Assembly: GCA_964575425.1 (NCBI GenBank)
Contig: CAZNRD010000001.1
Span: forward strand, 83,931 to 147,930
Direction: 5' to 3'
Origin: an uncultured Anaerolineaceae bacterium
GTDB lineage: Bacteria > Chloroflexota > Anaerolineae > Anaerolineales > E44-bin32
Length of the DNA stretch: 64,000 nt
Both the position numbers and the translations under genes were made by a program. The notes beneath the pieces were generated by a model that was given only the letters and a program-made list of their open reading frames with translations, was not told the DNA's origin and did not search any database. Positions 15,596-25,465 of this stretch are shown here, in pieces (position 1 is the first letter of the stretch; each line of letters opens with the position of its first letter).

Positions 15596-18380
15596 ACCCT
15601 CGTTCGAGCAGGCCCCAACCCGCAGCACACGCCAACCCCAGTAGACTTCCGACCGCAGCCGTCGCCGCTGCAGCTCCCCATCCCAGCTCCTGCTGCAACG
15701 GCTGACTCCCCGCTAGCCCAAGGCCAAGGTAGTTGTAGGCCAGCAGGCCACCGATGGCGGCACACATGGCCCAGCGTACCCTCTGCGCGGTCTCCAACCT
15801 GCGTCGTCTCCCCACCTGGTCCACGGCGGCGGCGACCAGACCGATGGCTCCAAAGCCCAGGAGCAGGTCCCCCAGCCCCAGGCGGTCTCCACCATTCCCG
15901 CCGGCTGCGCCGTCTGTTCGCGCCGGCGTCGCGGTGGGCGCGGGTGCCGCGGCCGTTTCGGTCAGCGGCCGGGTGGGAACGGGTGTGGGCGCAATCACGG
16001 TCACGAATGCCCGCACTCCCTCCTGCACATTCACCTGAAGGATTTGCGAGGCGCGCGCCGGATCGCTGGTGGCGGAGATCGTCAGCAGCCCCAGCCGCTC
16101 GAGCGTCAGCTCGGTCTGCGCCACGCCGTCGACCGTCGTGGCGCGCAGGATCATCGGGGTGATTCCCTCCGCCGAGTATCCCAGCTCGAACTCGACCACG
16201 GTCCCATCGGGCACCGAATGGCCATTGTGGTCGACGATCACACCGGTGGCGAGCTGGATGACGTCTCCCACGATGTAGCCCGACTCGGGTGGCGCGGGTG
16301 TCCGCTCCGACCCCGCAGGCCGTGCCTGCAGTGCAATCACCTGATCCGGATCGGGCGAGGTGACCTCAATGAGATCGTACCCAACCCCAGGGATGCTCAC
16401 CGGTGGCGCCCCGGAGGGTGTGAGTTCTTGGAAGAGCAGGCGTGCAGCCACGTCCACGAAAGGTGCGGACTTCGCATACAGCCCGTACAGAACGTCTACT
16501 TTGCTGAGGTCAGTGGCATCGAGGTCGTAGGGCACGCCGAAGGTGAAGACGACCAGCCTTGCTCGCTGCGCCAGATCGGGCCGTCGGTCGAGCAGCAGCT
16601 TGAGGGCATTCGAGCCATAGACTCCCTGGCTGCTTCCCAACGTGCTGAAGATCAGCCAATCGGCAGACTCGAGCGCGGGCCCGAAGGTTTCGGTCGGGGA
16701 AAGGGCCAACCCATAGCCCGCCGGTGGCGCCTGGCCAAGGTAGGCGGCGAGGTCAGCCATCGTGAAGGATGCCATGTTCCACCCGCCCACTTCCCCGGCC
16801 CCTCTCGGACCGTAGAGGCGGAGCACCGCCGACTCCAGCGCCTCGGCTGCCAGGGTCGGCCCACGTTCGCACGTGGAGCATTGTTGGGCGAGGCGGACAT
16901 CGGTGATGAAGACAATGCGTTCCCCCAGCCGCGGCGGGCCGCCAAGGCGGTCGCTGATTCCCCCCGCGCTGGGGCTGATCAAGCTTGCCCCCGCCCGGGC
17001 CACCTGCTCGACGACCTGTCCACCCATTCCCACACGGCTCAGGGCGCTCTCCGCTGGCACCACCCGATCGAGCGAAAAGAAGCCACCATAGAGCCGCAGC
17101 TTGACCCGCAGGATGCGCAGGACAGCTTCGTCTACGCGCTCGGCGAAGAGCGAATCCTCGCGGTACTTCTGCGCGAAGAACTCCAGCGTCGCACGGATCG
17201 TCGTGACCTCGTCGGGGTCGGTGCTCGATTGGAAGTTCGCGAGGTAGAGGAGGTCGTTGCCTGCCAGGAAGGCATCGCGCGCCACGAGATGGGCGCGGAA
17301 CGTCTGCTCGCGCGCGTCGTAGAAGCGGCGGACCGCGCGCGAGCCCAGCGAGTCGCTGACGGTGACGCCGCCCGCGGCGCGCCACGCGGTCAGCGGCTCG
17401 AGCGCCATGATCTGCGCGAAGGCCTGCGCGTCGAGGCTCACCGGGCGGGTCGTGGCGCGGATGTTGTCCTGGAAGCCCTGATAGCGTATGTGCGCCCGCA
17501 GCAGCCCATCGGTGACGGAAGGGTCGGCGCCGGGAGCGGCGCCAGTGACGGCGAAGAACGGGGCGAGCTCGATGCGCTTCAGCTCTTCCAGCGACTTGCG
17601 GACTGTGGCCACCTCCTCCTCGAGCGGCCGATCGCTTCCGCCGTGGCCGGGGAAGTGCTTGGCGATCACGGCCACCCGCCCCTGCGCTCCCTGATGCACG
17701 CCAGCGATATACGCCTGCCCGAACCGGCTTACCCAGTAGGGATCACCCCCGAATGTCCGCACTCCCGGGTCGCCCGGGCCCTCGGGGCGCGGGTCCTCAA
17801 GCACATCGAGCGACGGGCCAAGGAGCATGTTGATTCCGAGGGCGTCCAGCTCGCGTCCCAGGATTTCGCCGACGGCCTGCGCCAGGGAGGGGTCCCAGGT
17901 TGCGCCCAGCGCCAACTCCGAGGGCAGGCTCGTTACGCCCGACAGGATCTCGGAATAGGGGCTGCCGTCACCTTCCTGACTGACTGCGACAAATAGCGGG
18001 ATGTAGACGGATGACTCAGGCGTACCTGTCGGCTCGGCCGGCGGGAGCGAGGCCGAGTACGCGGCCGTCTGCAGAGAGGCGATCAAAGTGCGCGCCGCGG
18101 CAAGCGTCGCGGGCGCGTCCTGGAAGTTGTCATTGCGCGCGCGGAGGACGACGCCACCGATGCGGCCGTTGGCGACCAGGTCGAAGATCGCGTCGTCCGG
18201 ACGCGGGCTGCTTCCCCGGAACGTCACCAGGAACAGCTGCCCGACGCGCTGCTCCGGGTTCATCCGCTCCAGCAACTGCTCGGCAAGGTCCGCAGCCGGC
18301 GAAGCCGCTCGACCATTGCCGGGACTCCCGGAGGCAAGGACTAACGCGATGAGGACAGGCAGCCACAACCAGCGGCGCAT
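15582..18380 (-). CDS. Glycoside hydrolase family 3 (NagZ/beta-hexosaminidase-like) exported protein with C-terminal membrane segments
   Basis: KHFPGHGGSDRP motif. Signal peptide MRRWLWLPVLIALVLASG from the ATG at 18380 (ORF open to 18413). C-terminal hydrophobic helices. Confidence 0.8.
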   Translation of the reverse strand: MRRWLWLPVLIALVLASGSPGNGRAASPAADLAEQLLERMNPEQRVGQLFLVTFRGSSPRPDDAIFDLVANGRIGGVVLRARNDNFQDAPATLAAARTLIASLQTAAYSASLPPAEPTGTPESSVYIPLFVAVSQEGDGSPYSEILSGVTSLPSELALGATWDPSLAQAVGEILGRELDALGINMLLGPSLDVLEDPRPEGPGDPGVRTFGGDPYWVSRFGQAYIAGVHQGAQGRVAVIAKHFPGHGGSDRPLEEEVATVRKSLEELKRIELAPFFAVTGAAPGADPSVTDGLLRAHIRYQGFQDNIRATTRPVSLDAQAFAQIMALEPLTAWRAAGGVTVSDSLGSRAVRRFYDAREQTFRAHLVARDAFLAGNDLLYLANFQSSTDPDEVTTIRATLEFFAQKYREDSLFAERVDEAVLRILRVKLRLYGGFFSLDRVVPAESALSRVGMGGQVVEQVARAGASLISPSAGGISDRLGGPPRLGERIVFITDVRLAQQCSTCERGPTLAAEALESAVLRLYGPRGAGEVGGWNMASFTMADLAAYLGQAPPAGYGLALSPTETFGPALESADWLIFSTLGSSQGVYGSNALKLLLDRRPDLAQRARLVVFTFGVPYDLDATDLSKVDVLYGLYAKSAPFVDVAARLLFQELTPSGAPPVSIPGVGYDLIEVTSPDPDQVIALQARPAGSERTPAPPESGYIVGDVIQLATGVIVDHNGHSVPDGTVVEFELGYSAEGITPMILRATTVDGVAQTELTLERLGLLTISATSDPARASQILQVNVQEGVRAFVTVIAPTPVPTRPLTETAAAPAPTATPARTDGAAGGNGGDRLGLGDLLLGFGAIGLVAAAVDQVGRRRRLETAQRVRWAMCAAIGGLLAYNYLGLGLAGSQPLQQELGWGAAAATAAVGSLLGLACAAGWGLLERGSRRA

Positions 18381-18386
18381 GGCCCG

Positions 18387-18392
18387 AGTATA
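18387..18392 (-). promoter_or_regulatory. -10-like TATACT 6 nt upstream of the GH3 ATG (possible leaderless mRNA)
   Basis: Minus strand reads GGGTATACTCGGGCCATG. Confidence 0.3.
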
Positions 18393-18428
18393 CCCACGGG
18401 CCGAGAGACCCACAAGCGCGTTGGTCCC

Positions 18429-19250
18429 TCACGCGGCGCCGGCTTCCCGCTCCAGGATCTCGAGAAGGACTCGTCGCCGCTCAGGGCCGCTCTGGAATTC
18501 CAGTCGGCGCACGCCGAGCGGATCGACTTCCTCGCGCAGCACCCGCAACTCGTGAACCGTCGGCGGCTCGGTCTCCCGCACATCAGGTGCCAGGTCGAGC
18601 GGAAACCCCGTCTTGGCCTGCACGCGCTCGACAGTGACGCCCGGATGGACGTGCGTCAGCCGCATGCGGCCCGAGGCGAAATCGAACTGTCCCAGGTCCG
18701 ACACCAGGTAGCGCGGCCCGGCACCGCCTCGGCGTGCCGGATTGTGGCCGAGGCCCGAGAGGAAATCCAGGCGCGCCACGAAGGTGACGCGCGAATGACG
18801 GGGCACATACAGGTAGATTTCGTCGGACACCACCGTCACGTCCGGAATGCCGCCGCTGCCAGGCAGGCGCAGGCGGGGGCGGCTGTAATCGCGCCCAAGT
18901 GCCAGGTTGTTGAAGTTGCCGTTGGGGTCTACCTGCGCAGGTCGGAAGAACTCCTTCGGACGGACGCGCGGCAGCAGGTCCGCCGCTGCCTGAACGAAGC
19001 CGAAGCGACTCAGCGCGCGGTCCAGCCACAGCGCTTCCACCGATGCCAGCCCCAGCGGTGCCCCCTCCCGGCACAGGCTCTGCCCGATGGCGGACGCGAA
19101 GTACAGGTGCGGCGCGTGCGTGCGCCACGCCAGCAGGTACGCTGCGGCCACAAGGGGGGTCGCCAGGCCCTGCGCCACAGCCTCTCCGTCGCGCACCTGC
19201 CGCGCGATGCAGACGCACATCAACTCGTCGATCGTGAAGTCCAAAGCCAT
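18429..19250 (-). CDS. CoA-transferase beta-subunit-like protein (GctB / 3-oxoacid CoA-transferase B family)
   Basis: About 273 aa with overall resemblance to beta subunits (DELMCVCIARQV...GLATPL...PGSGGIPDV...VSDLGQFDF). The ATG at 19250 overlaps the TGA of the upstream gene. No alpha subunit in the window. Confidence 0.55.
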   Translation of the reverse strand: MALDFTIDELMCVCIARQVRDGEAVAQGLATPLVAAAYLLAWRTHAPHLYFASAIGQSLCREGAPLGLASVEALWLDRALSRFGFVQAAADLLPRVRPKEFFRPAQVDPNGNFNNLALGRDYSRPRLRLPGSGGIPDVTVVSDEIYLYVPRHSRVTFVARLDFLSGLGHNPARRGGAGPRYLVSDLGQFDFASGRMRLTHVHPGVTVERVQAKTGFPLDLAPDVRETEPPTVHELRVLREEVDPLGVRRLEFQSGPERRRVLLEILEREAGAA

Positions 19251-20212
19251 CACCCGAGCGATGCCCTCACCTGGTCAAGAAGGCCCCGGTCGATGTTACC
19301 CCCGCTGGCGACCGCCAGGCGCCTGCGCTCGCGGCCGCGCCACAGGGCACCGGCCACCGCAGCCGCGGCCGACGGCTCGATCACTTCGCCGGTGTGCCGC
19401 AGCACTTGCCTCAAAGCCTCGAGAATCTCGTCCTCACTCACCACCACCACATCATCAAGCGCGCGCGACAGGAAATCGAAAGTGATGGACCCCGGGTCGA
19501 CTGCGCCTGCTAGTCCATCGGCCAGCGTGGGCCGCTCGACAACCCTGTCTGGATCCTCTCCGTGAAAGCAGGCGTGCATGTAGCGGCAGGCTTCGGGCTG
19601 CACTCCCACGACCCGCACGCGTGGCGCCTGCGCTTTCAGGACCAAGCCGATGCCGCACGCCAGTCCACCGCCGCCGACCGGGATGAAGACCTCCCAACCC
19701 GCGCCCCAACCCTGCCCTTCGAGCTGCTCGATCAACTCCAGGCCAATGGTCCCCTGACCCGCAATCACCTCCGGGTCGTTGTAGGGCGACACCCACACCG
19801 CGCCGCGCGCCTGCGCCAGCCGCTTGCCCTCCAGTTCGGCCTCCGCGTAGCCTCCGGCGGAAAAGAACACCTCCGCGCCGTGGGCACGTATCGCCTCGAC
19901 TTTGGCCGCCACCGCGTGCTCGGGAACCACGATCATGGACCCGGCCCCCACGAGCCGCGCGCCGAGCGCCACGCCCAGCCCGTGGTTGCCTGCCGAGGCC
20001 GCCACGACGCCCTGCCGTCTTTCGTTCTCATCGAGTGCGAGGATGCGTGCCAACGCTCCCCGCACTTTAAAGGAGCCGGTCCGCTGGCGATTCTCCAACT
20101 TCAGGATCAAGCCCAGTCCCTTTGCCGCCAGCAGGGGGGTCGTCTCGATGTGAGGCGCGATGCGGTCCCGCGCCCTGCGAATGTGCTCGAGCTCAATCCG
20201 GTCGCCGGACAC
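19250..20212 (-). CDS. PLP-dependent threonine/serine dehydratase family enzyme
   Basis: 320 aa with SFKVRGA (PLP lysine), ASAGNHG and GGGGL motifs. Confidence 0.8.
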   Translation of the reverse strand: MSGDRIELEHIRRARDRIAPHIETTPLLAAKGLGLILKLENRQRTGSFKVRGALARILALDENERRQGVVAASAGNHGLGVALGARLVGAGSMIVVPEHAVAAKVEAIRAHGAEVFFSAGGYAEAELEGKRLAQARGAVWVSPYNDPEVIAGQGTIGLELIEQLEGQGWGAGWEVFIPVGGGGLACGIGLVLKAQAPRVRVVGVQPEACRYMHACFHGEDPDRVVERPTLADGLAGAVDPGSITFDFLSRALDDVVVVSEDEILEALRQVLRHTGEVIEPSAAAAVAGALWRGRERRRLAVASGGNIDRGLLDQVRASLG

Positions 20213-20969
20213 GCCGCACCACTTCGCGGGCTACCTCGGGCACGTCAGAGATGAGGCCGTGAACGCCCATTCGTAGAAGCTGCTCCATCCTGTTGGCGTC
20301 GTTCACCGTCCAGGCGATGACCGGCCGCCCGGCGCGGGCGTTCCGCGCCACATCCCGCCGGGTTGTCAGCGCCTCGTTGAGGTGCAGGAAATCCTTGGGG
20401 CTGATCAGGAAGAAGAGCAGTCGCTGCCAGGCCGGCTCGCGCGACATCAGCAGCAATCCCACCGGGATCGTCGGATCCGCGGCCCGGGCGCGCCGCAAGG
20501 CAAGCGGGTTGAACGAAGACAGGAGCACGCGGCGCTGCATCCCGCAGGCGCAGACAACTTCAACTGCAGCCTCCGGCAGGCGGTCACGCGGCGTGGCGTA
20601 GTTGCCGAGCTCGATGTTGACCAGAAGCCGACCCCCGACAGCCCGCAGGACTTCCTCGAGCGTGGGCACCGGCTCACCAGCGAAATCCGGCGAGAAGTGG
20701 GCGCCGGCCTCGAGCGCCCTGATGTCCGCCAACGTGTGGTCGGCCACGCGCCCGTGCCCGGCGGTGGTGCGATCCAGGGTCTGGTCATGCATCACCACGA
20801 CGTGGCCGTCAGCGGTCAGCTTGGCGTCCAGCTCGATGGCATCGGCGCCCAGCTCGGCTGCCAGTCGAAACGCGGCGAGGGTGTTCTCAGGGGCCCGGCG
20901 GCAGGCGCCGCGGTGAGCGACGACGAGCGGCCCAGGAACCATCCATTGGGTGCGTGGCGGCAAGGACAC
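20193..20969 (-). CDS. ugpQ: Glycerophosphodiester phosphodiesterase
   Basis: VVAHRGACRRAPENTLAAF, IELDAKLTADGHVVVMHD. The start is uncertain (GTG at 20969 or ATG at 20942). Confidence 0.8.
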   Translation of the reverse strand: MSLPPRTQWMVPGPLVVAHRGACRRAPENTLAAFRLAAELGADAIELDAKLTADGHVVVMHDQTLDRTTAGHGRVADHTLADIRALEAGAHFSPDFAGEPVPTLEEVLRAVGGRLLVNIELGNYATPRDRLPEAAVEVVCACGMQRRVLLSSFNPLALRRARAADPTIPVGLLLMSREPAWQRLLFFLISPKDFLHLNEALTTRRDVARNARAGRPVIAWTVNDANRMEQLLRMGVHGLISDVPEVAREVVRRVRRPD

Positions 20970-21034
20970 TCCACAAGAAGACCGAGCCTCCTCGGCGGAG
21001 CGCGCAGGATGCCCGGTGTGATTGGCTCCGGCCG

Positions 21035-22381
21035 TCAGATCTCGACGAAGTAGGCCTCGGCGGCCCGGTCGAGCAGGTCCTTGGTCATGGCCGGCTCGAC
21101 GCCGAGATAGCGCGAGATGTCGAGAATCTGGTCGCAGATGTCGCGCGGGTGTGAGGCGCGCAGCTTACGGTTCCGCTTGATGTACCACTCCTGGAGGAGG
21201 TAGGCCAGGCCGCGGTCGGAATATGCTATGCCTTTGCTCTCCGCCACGCGCCGGAAGATCTCCCGATACTCCTCGTACGAGGGATCTCCCACTTCGATTT
21301 TGTGGCGCAGCCGACGGAGGAAGGCTTCGTCCACCAGGTCGCGCGGCGGCAGGTTGGTGGAGAAGACGACCAGCACGTCGAACGGCACCTCGACCTTGCG
21401 CCCGGTGTGGAGCGTCAGGTAGTCGATGCGGTTCTCCAGGGGGACGATCCAGCGGTTGAGCAGGTCACGCGGCCTCACTTGCTGCCGACCGAAGTCATCG
21501 ATCAGGAACACGCCGCCATTGGCTTTCACCTGGAACGGCGCTTCGTAAAACTTGTTTACGTCGTCGAAGACCAGGTCCAGCCCGGCCATGGTCAGCTCGC
21601 CGCCGACAACGATGAAGGGGCGGCGGATCTTCACCCAGCGGGGGTCGCGCTTGGCGCCGGCCTTCAAGCCGCCTGTGCCCGAAGAGCTGACGTCTTCGTC
21701 CTCGGCCAGCACGTGGTTCACGGTGTCGTAGAGTTTCACGACCTGGCCATCGATGTCGAGGGCGAAGGGGATGTACATGTCCTCCTGCAGGATCATCGCC
21801 CCGATGCAGCGTGCGATCGATGTCTTGCCGTTCCCAGGTGGCCCGTAGAGGAAGATCGAGGTCCCCGAATTGACCGCGGGCCCGATGCGATTGAAGGTTC
21901 GCTCGGACAGCACCAGGTCGGTGAGCGCCTGGCGCATGTCGGAGGCGTGGACGGTGGGGCGGGCGCGGCTTTGACGGCGGATGGACTCGTTGTAGAAGGC
22001 CAGGGGAACAGGGGCCGGCCCGGCATACTGGCTGCGCTCCAGCGCCTCCCGGGCGCGCGCGATCCCGGCACCGGTGATGGCGTATTGATAAGAGCCCTCG
22101 CCAAATCCGACCTGGGTCTTGACCTCGACGAACTTCTCGCGCTTGAGGGCTTCCAGAATCTGGTCCACCATGCCGGCGAACGGCAGCGCCATGGCCTCGG
22201 CCACTTTGAAACCGGTCAGGTAGCCGCGGAAGTAGAGAATCTTCAGCGCGAGGTCTTGCAGCCAGAGTTGGGACAGCCCGGTGTCCTCCACCCTGCTGAT
22301 GGGCGGAGGTATGAACCGCAGGCTGGAGGTCGAGATGACATTGTCGGAGGCCGTGCGTGTCAACCCTCGCGGTAAGGCCAT
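21035..22381 (-). CDS. AAA+ ATPase with N-terminal winged-helix-like domain
   Basis: 448 aa from the ATG at 22381, which has a GGGGAGGA ribosome-binding site. Walker A GPPGNGKTS, Walker B VFLIDDFG, sensor VVFSTN. N-terminal ~130 aa: LKILYFRGYLTGFKVAEAM...ILEALKREKFVEVK. Confidence 0.75.
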   Translation of the reverse strand: MALPRGLTRTASDNVISTSSLRFIPPPISRVEDTGLSQLWLQDLALKILYFRGYLTGFKVAEAMALPFAGMVDQILEALKREKFVEVKTQVGFGEGSYQYAITGAGIARAREALERSQYAGPAPVPLAFYNESIRRQSRARPTVHASDMRQALTDLVLSERTFNRIGPAVNSGTSIFLYGPPGNGKTSIARCIGAMILQEDMYIPFALDIDGQVVKLYDTVNHVLAEDEDVSSSGTGGLKAGAKRDPRWVKIRRPFIVVGGELTMAGLDLVFDDVNKFYEAPFQVKANGGVFLIDDFGRQQVRPRDLLNRWIVPLENRIDYLTLHTGRKVEVPFDVLVVFSTNLPPRDLVDEAFLRRLRHKIEVGDPSYEEYREIFRRVAESKGIAYSDRGLAYLLQEWYIKRNRKLRASHPRDICDQILDISRYLGVEPAMTKDLLDRAAEAYFVEI

Positions 22382-22445
22382 GGGTGTCCTCCCCGCCTCG
22401 ATCGCCTGCCCCCATGCCCGGGAGCCGGCAGCTTTGGGTGGGCGG

Positions 22446-22451
22446 ATTATA
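22446..22451 (-). promoter_or_regulatory. TATAAT box (minus strand) upstream of the AAA+ ATPase gene
   Basis: Minus strand reads GTGTATATAATCCGCC, about 65 nt upstream of the ATG at 22381. Confidence 0.35.
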
Positions 22452-22505
22452 TACACAGCCCGCAGATGGGGCAACTGCTCACTTGCGCCGCCGACGCCAC
22501 ATGGG

Positions 22506-22511
22506 TAGAAT
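22506..22511 (+). promoter_or_regulatory. -10-like TAGAAT 7 nt upstream of the GT2 ATG (possible leaderless mRNA)
   Basis: GGGTAGAATGCGCCACATG, with the ATG at 22519. Confidence 0.3.
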
Positions 22512-22518
22512 GCGCCAC

Positions 22519-23205
22519 ATGTCCCTCTCGGTCGTCGTGCCTGTCTACAACGAAAAGGCAACCGTCGCCAAACTCCTGGACCGCGTGCGCGCCGTCCGCC
22601 TCGCCGACGAGATCATCGTCGTTGACGACGGCTCGTCCGACGGCACTGGCGAGATCCTTCAGCAGATTGCCGCGGCACATCCGGACGTCCGGGTCTTCTT
22701 GCACAACGTCAACCGCGGCAAGGGAGCCGCCGTGCGCACCGGCATCCAGGCCGCAACCAAGGATCTCATTCTGATCCAGGATGCCGACCTCGAGTATGAC
22801 CCACGCGACTACCCGACGCTGTTGGCACCGATCGAGGATGGCAAAGCCGACGTCGTCTTCGGGTCCCGCTTCCTCGGCGGCCCGCGCCGCACGACGATGT
22901 TCTGGCACATGGTGGCCAACAAGCTTCTGACGCTGCTGACCAACATCCTGTACGACAGCATCCTGACCGACATGGAAACCGGCTACAAGCTTTTCCGCCG
23001 AGAGATCATCCAATCGCTGCCGCTGCGCAGCAACCGCTTTGAGATCGAGCCCGAGATCACGGCCAAGCTGCTCAAGCGCCGCGTCCGCATCTTCGAAGTG
23101 CCGATCTCATTCAACCCGCGCGAGTACTCCGAGGGGAAGAAGATCAAGCTGCACGACGCCTTCACGGCCGTGTGGACGCTGCTCAAGTACCGCTTCGTCG
23201 ATTGA
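22519..23205 (+). CDS. Family 2 glycosyltransferase (polyprenyl-phosphate sugar synthase-like)
   Basis: MSLSVVVPVYNE, VVDDGSSDGT, DADLEYDP. 228 aa from the third in-frame ATG. Confidence 0.85.
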   Translation: MSLSVVVPVYNEKATVAKLLDRVRAVRLADEIIVVDDGSSDGTGEILQQIAAAHPDVRVFLHNVNRGKGAAVRTGIQAATKDLILIQDADLEYDPRDYPTLLAPIEDGKADVVFGSRFLGGPRRTTMFWHMVANKLLTLLTNILYDSILTDMETGYKLFRREIIQSLPLRSNRFEIEPEITAKLLKRRVRIFEVPISFNPREYSEGKKIKLHDAFTAVWTLLKYRFVD

Positions 23206-23220
23206 CGAGGCGGTCTGTGG

Positions 23221-24936
23221 TCAGTCCGGCGCGCCGCCTGGTCTCAGGTCGACAACATTCAGCTGCAGCGTCTCCACCCCCATGTAGACATTGCGCTCGA
23301 GATGGGCGAGCACGTCCAGCCGTCTGGGCACGCGCTGCCAGCATTGAGCCTGCCGGAACGCGATCGCATCCATCTGGCGGCGGCCCTGCGCCAGCGTGAG
23401 CTTCAGGTGAGCGCCATCGCGACCCACGTTCCTGGCATCCGTCACCGACACCTCTCGTACAAGGAGCAGCGGCCGAGGGTTGCCATGGCCACAAGGCTCA
23501 ACCCGCTCCAGGAAACTCAGCAGTTCAAGACCGAGGTCGCTGAGGGTGACCTCGGCGTCGACGCTCAGCTTCGGCCGCAGGTCCATTCTACCTAGCCCCT
23601 CTGCCGCCACTTCCTTCAGTCGCGCGGCAAAGGCCTCCAGGTCCTCAGTGCGCAGAGTAAATCCGGCAGCCGCCGCGTGCCCCCCATGACGAAGGAGGAG
23701 GCCGGCACACACGTCCAACGCCTGCGTGATGTGGAACTCGGGGATGCTGCGCGCCGAGCCCTGGGTTGTGGCCTCGCCGCGCACCGCCAGCACAACCGGG
23801 CGGTAGCACTCCTCCATCAAGCGCGCGGCAGCCAGCCCCACAACGCCCGCATGGAAGCCCGCGTCCGCCGCGAAGACAAGCTCGGGGACCGGTTCGGCCG
23901 TCAAGCCCCGCTCCCGCGCGACGGCAACGATGCGCTTTGTCAGCTCCTGTCGCTCGCGATTGGCAGCCTGCAGCTCTTGTGCAAGCCTCCCGGCCTCCTC
24001 GTCGTCTTCCGTCACCAGCAGACGATAGGCCGCGTCCGCAGAGCGCAGCCGGCCGACCGCATTCAGCCGCGGCGCAAGCGCAAAGGCGATGGCAGCGGCG
24101 TCGATGTTTCCAGGGCGCAGCCCGGCCACCTGCAAAAGCGCCCTCAGCCCCGGCAGGACAGACACCGTCACATCTCCGGCCGCGTTGAGCCGATGCAATC
24201 CTGCCGCCACGAGGCTCCGATTCTCACCCGTCAGCGGCACCAGGTCGGCGACGGTGCCAAGCGCCACCAGCTCAAGTGGCGCGTCGGCCTCCGGCGTACC
24301 TGCCATCCGACACAGCCCCTGGCCGATCTTCAACGCCAGGCCAGCGCCGGAGAACTCCTTGAAGGGATACCTATCTCCAGGTTGCTTCGGGTTCACCACC
24401 GCCAGCGCGGTCGGGAGCGAGGCGCCGGGATGGTGGTGGTCGGTGATGATCAGATCGAGTCCCAGGGAGCGGGCTTCCTCGGCTTCCTGCAGCGAGCGAA
24501 TGCCGCAGTCCACGGTGATAACGAGATCGGCGCCCTGGGCGCGCAGCTCGCGCAGGGCCTCCACCTGAAGGCCATACCCCTCGTCGAACCGGTTCGGGAC
24601 ATACACCTGGGCCCTGGCCCCCAGCCGCGTCAACATTCGGGCCAGGAGCGCCGAGGCAGTCAGACCGTCTGCATCGTAGTCGCCGTAGACAACGACCGTT
24701 TCTTCGGTCCGGCATGCATGGAGAAGCCGCTCCGCGGCAGGCTGCAGTCCGGCGAGGTCGAACGGGTCGTGGCCAGGCTCGGATTCGGGTGCAAGGAAAC
24801 GGCGAGCGCTCTCTGCGTCCTGGAGCCCTCGTCGAAAGAGAATCGAACGCTGGATGGGATCGAAGTCCGCCAGCGCGACCTCGGCCTGGGGCGGCAGCGG
24901 TTCCGGCGGCAGCCACTGCCTGGCCAACTGTGTCAC
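23221..24936 (-). CDS. recJ: Single-stranded-DNA-specific exonuclease RecJ
   Basis: DHH motifs (VYGDYDADGLT, ITVDCG, ITDHHHP) and a DHHA1 region. GTG at 24936, preceded by GAGGGGGG, gives a canonical 571 aa. The ORF track extends to 25185. Confidence 0.85.
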   Translation of the reverse strand: MTQLARQWLPPEPLPPQAEVALADFDPIQRSILFRRGLQDAESARRFLAPESEPGHDPFDLAGLQPAAERLLHACRTEETVVVYGDYDADGLTASALLARMLTRLGARAQVYVPNRFDEGYGLQVEALRELRAQGADLVITVDCGIRSLQEAEEARSLGLDLIITDHHHPGASLPTALAVVNPKQPGDRYPFKEFSGAGLALKIGQGLCRMAGTPEADAPLELVALGTVADLVPLTGENRSLVAAGLHRLNAAGDVTVSVLPGLRALLQVAGLRPGNIDAAAIAFALAPRLNAVGRLRSADAAYRLLVTEDDEEAGRLAQELQAANRERQELTKRIVAVARERGLTAEPVPELVFAADAGFHAGVVGLAAARLMEECYRPVVLAVRGEATTQGSARSIPEFHITQALDVCAGLLLRHGGHAAAAGFTLRTEDLEAFAARLKEVAAEGLGRMDLRPKLSVDAEVTLSDLGLELLSFLERVEPCGHGNPRPLLLVREVSVTDARNVGRDGAHLKLTLAQGRRQMDAIAFRQAQCWQRVPRRLDVLAHLERNVYMGVETLQLNVVDLRPGGAPD

Positions 24937-24974
24937 TGCATGTCCCCCCTCAGCGGGCGGGCCTGTCCGCCGGG

Positions 24975-25397
24975 CTACGCCCGCACCCAGTTCCCCACCA
25001 ACCAGTAGCGGAAGTCGTTGCCCTGACTGCACTGAATGCCGCCCACCACCCCGTACACCAGCCCCCCCAATGGGATCAACGTGATGAGCGCCGCCAGCGG
25101 CATGCAGAGCACCCCGACGAGCACGACGCTCAGGGCTCCGCTGATCGCCCATGCCACAGCAGCCAGGAAGCCCCCGCCAAGCCAAGCGATGAGCTGGAAG
25201 ACAAACGCCTGAAGCGACTGGAAGGCGACGTAGTGTGACCTGTCCTTGTACACGAGGTAGATCACCAGCGCCGCGACAGGGCCGAGCATTCCGCTGAACA
25301 GGTTGGCGAGGATGCTCAGATGAGCCAGCATGGCCCAGGTCCGCTCATCTTGCGGCGAAAGGGCGGCGGGTGAAATGGGCAGATGAGGCTCGGACAT
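24975..25397 (-). CDS. DUF4870-type small membrane protein
   Basis: 140 aa: ERTWAMLAHLSILANL...YLVYKDRSHYVAFQSLQA, with 3-4 hydrophobic helices. Confidence 0.7.
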   Translation of the reverse strand: MSEPHLPISPAALSPQDERTWAMLAHLSILANLFSGMLGPVAALVIYLVYKDRSHYVAFQSLQAFVFQLIAWLGGGFLAAVAWAISGALSVVLVGVLCMPLAALITLIPLGGLVYGVVGGIQCSQGNDFRYWLVGNWVRA

Positions 25398-25465
25398 GGG
25401 GACGCTCCTCTCCAGGTTTCCAGCACACGCGCGTGGCAGTCACGTCTCTGATCTATCATACCTCA

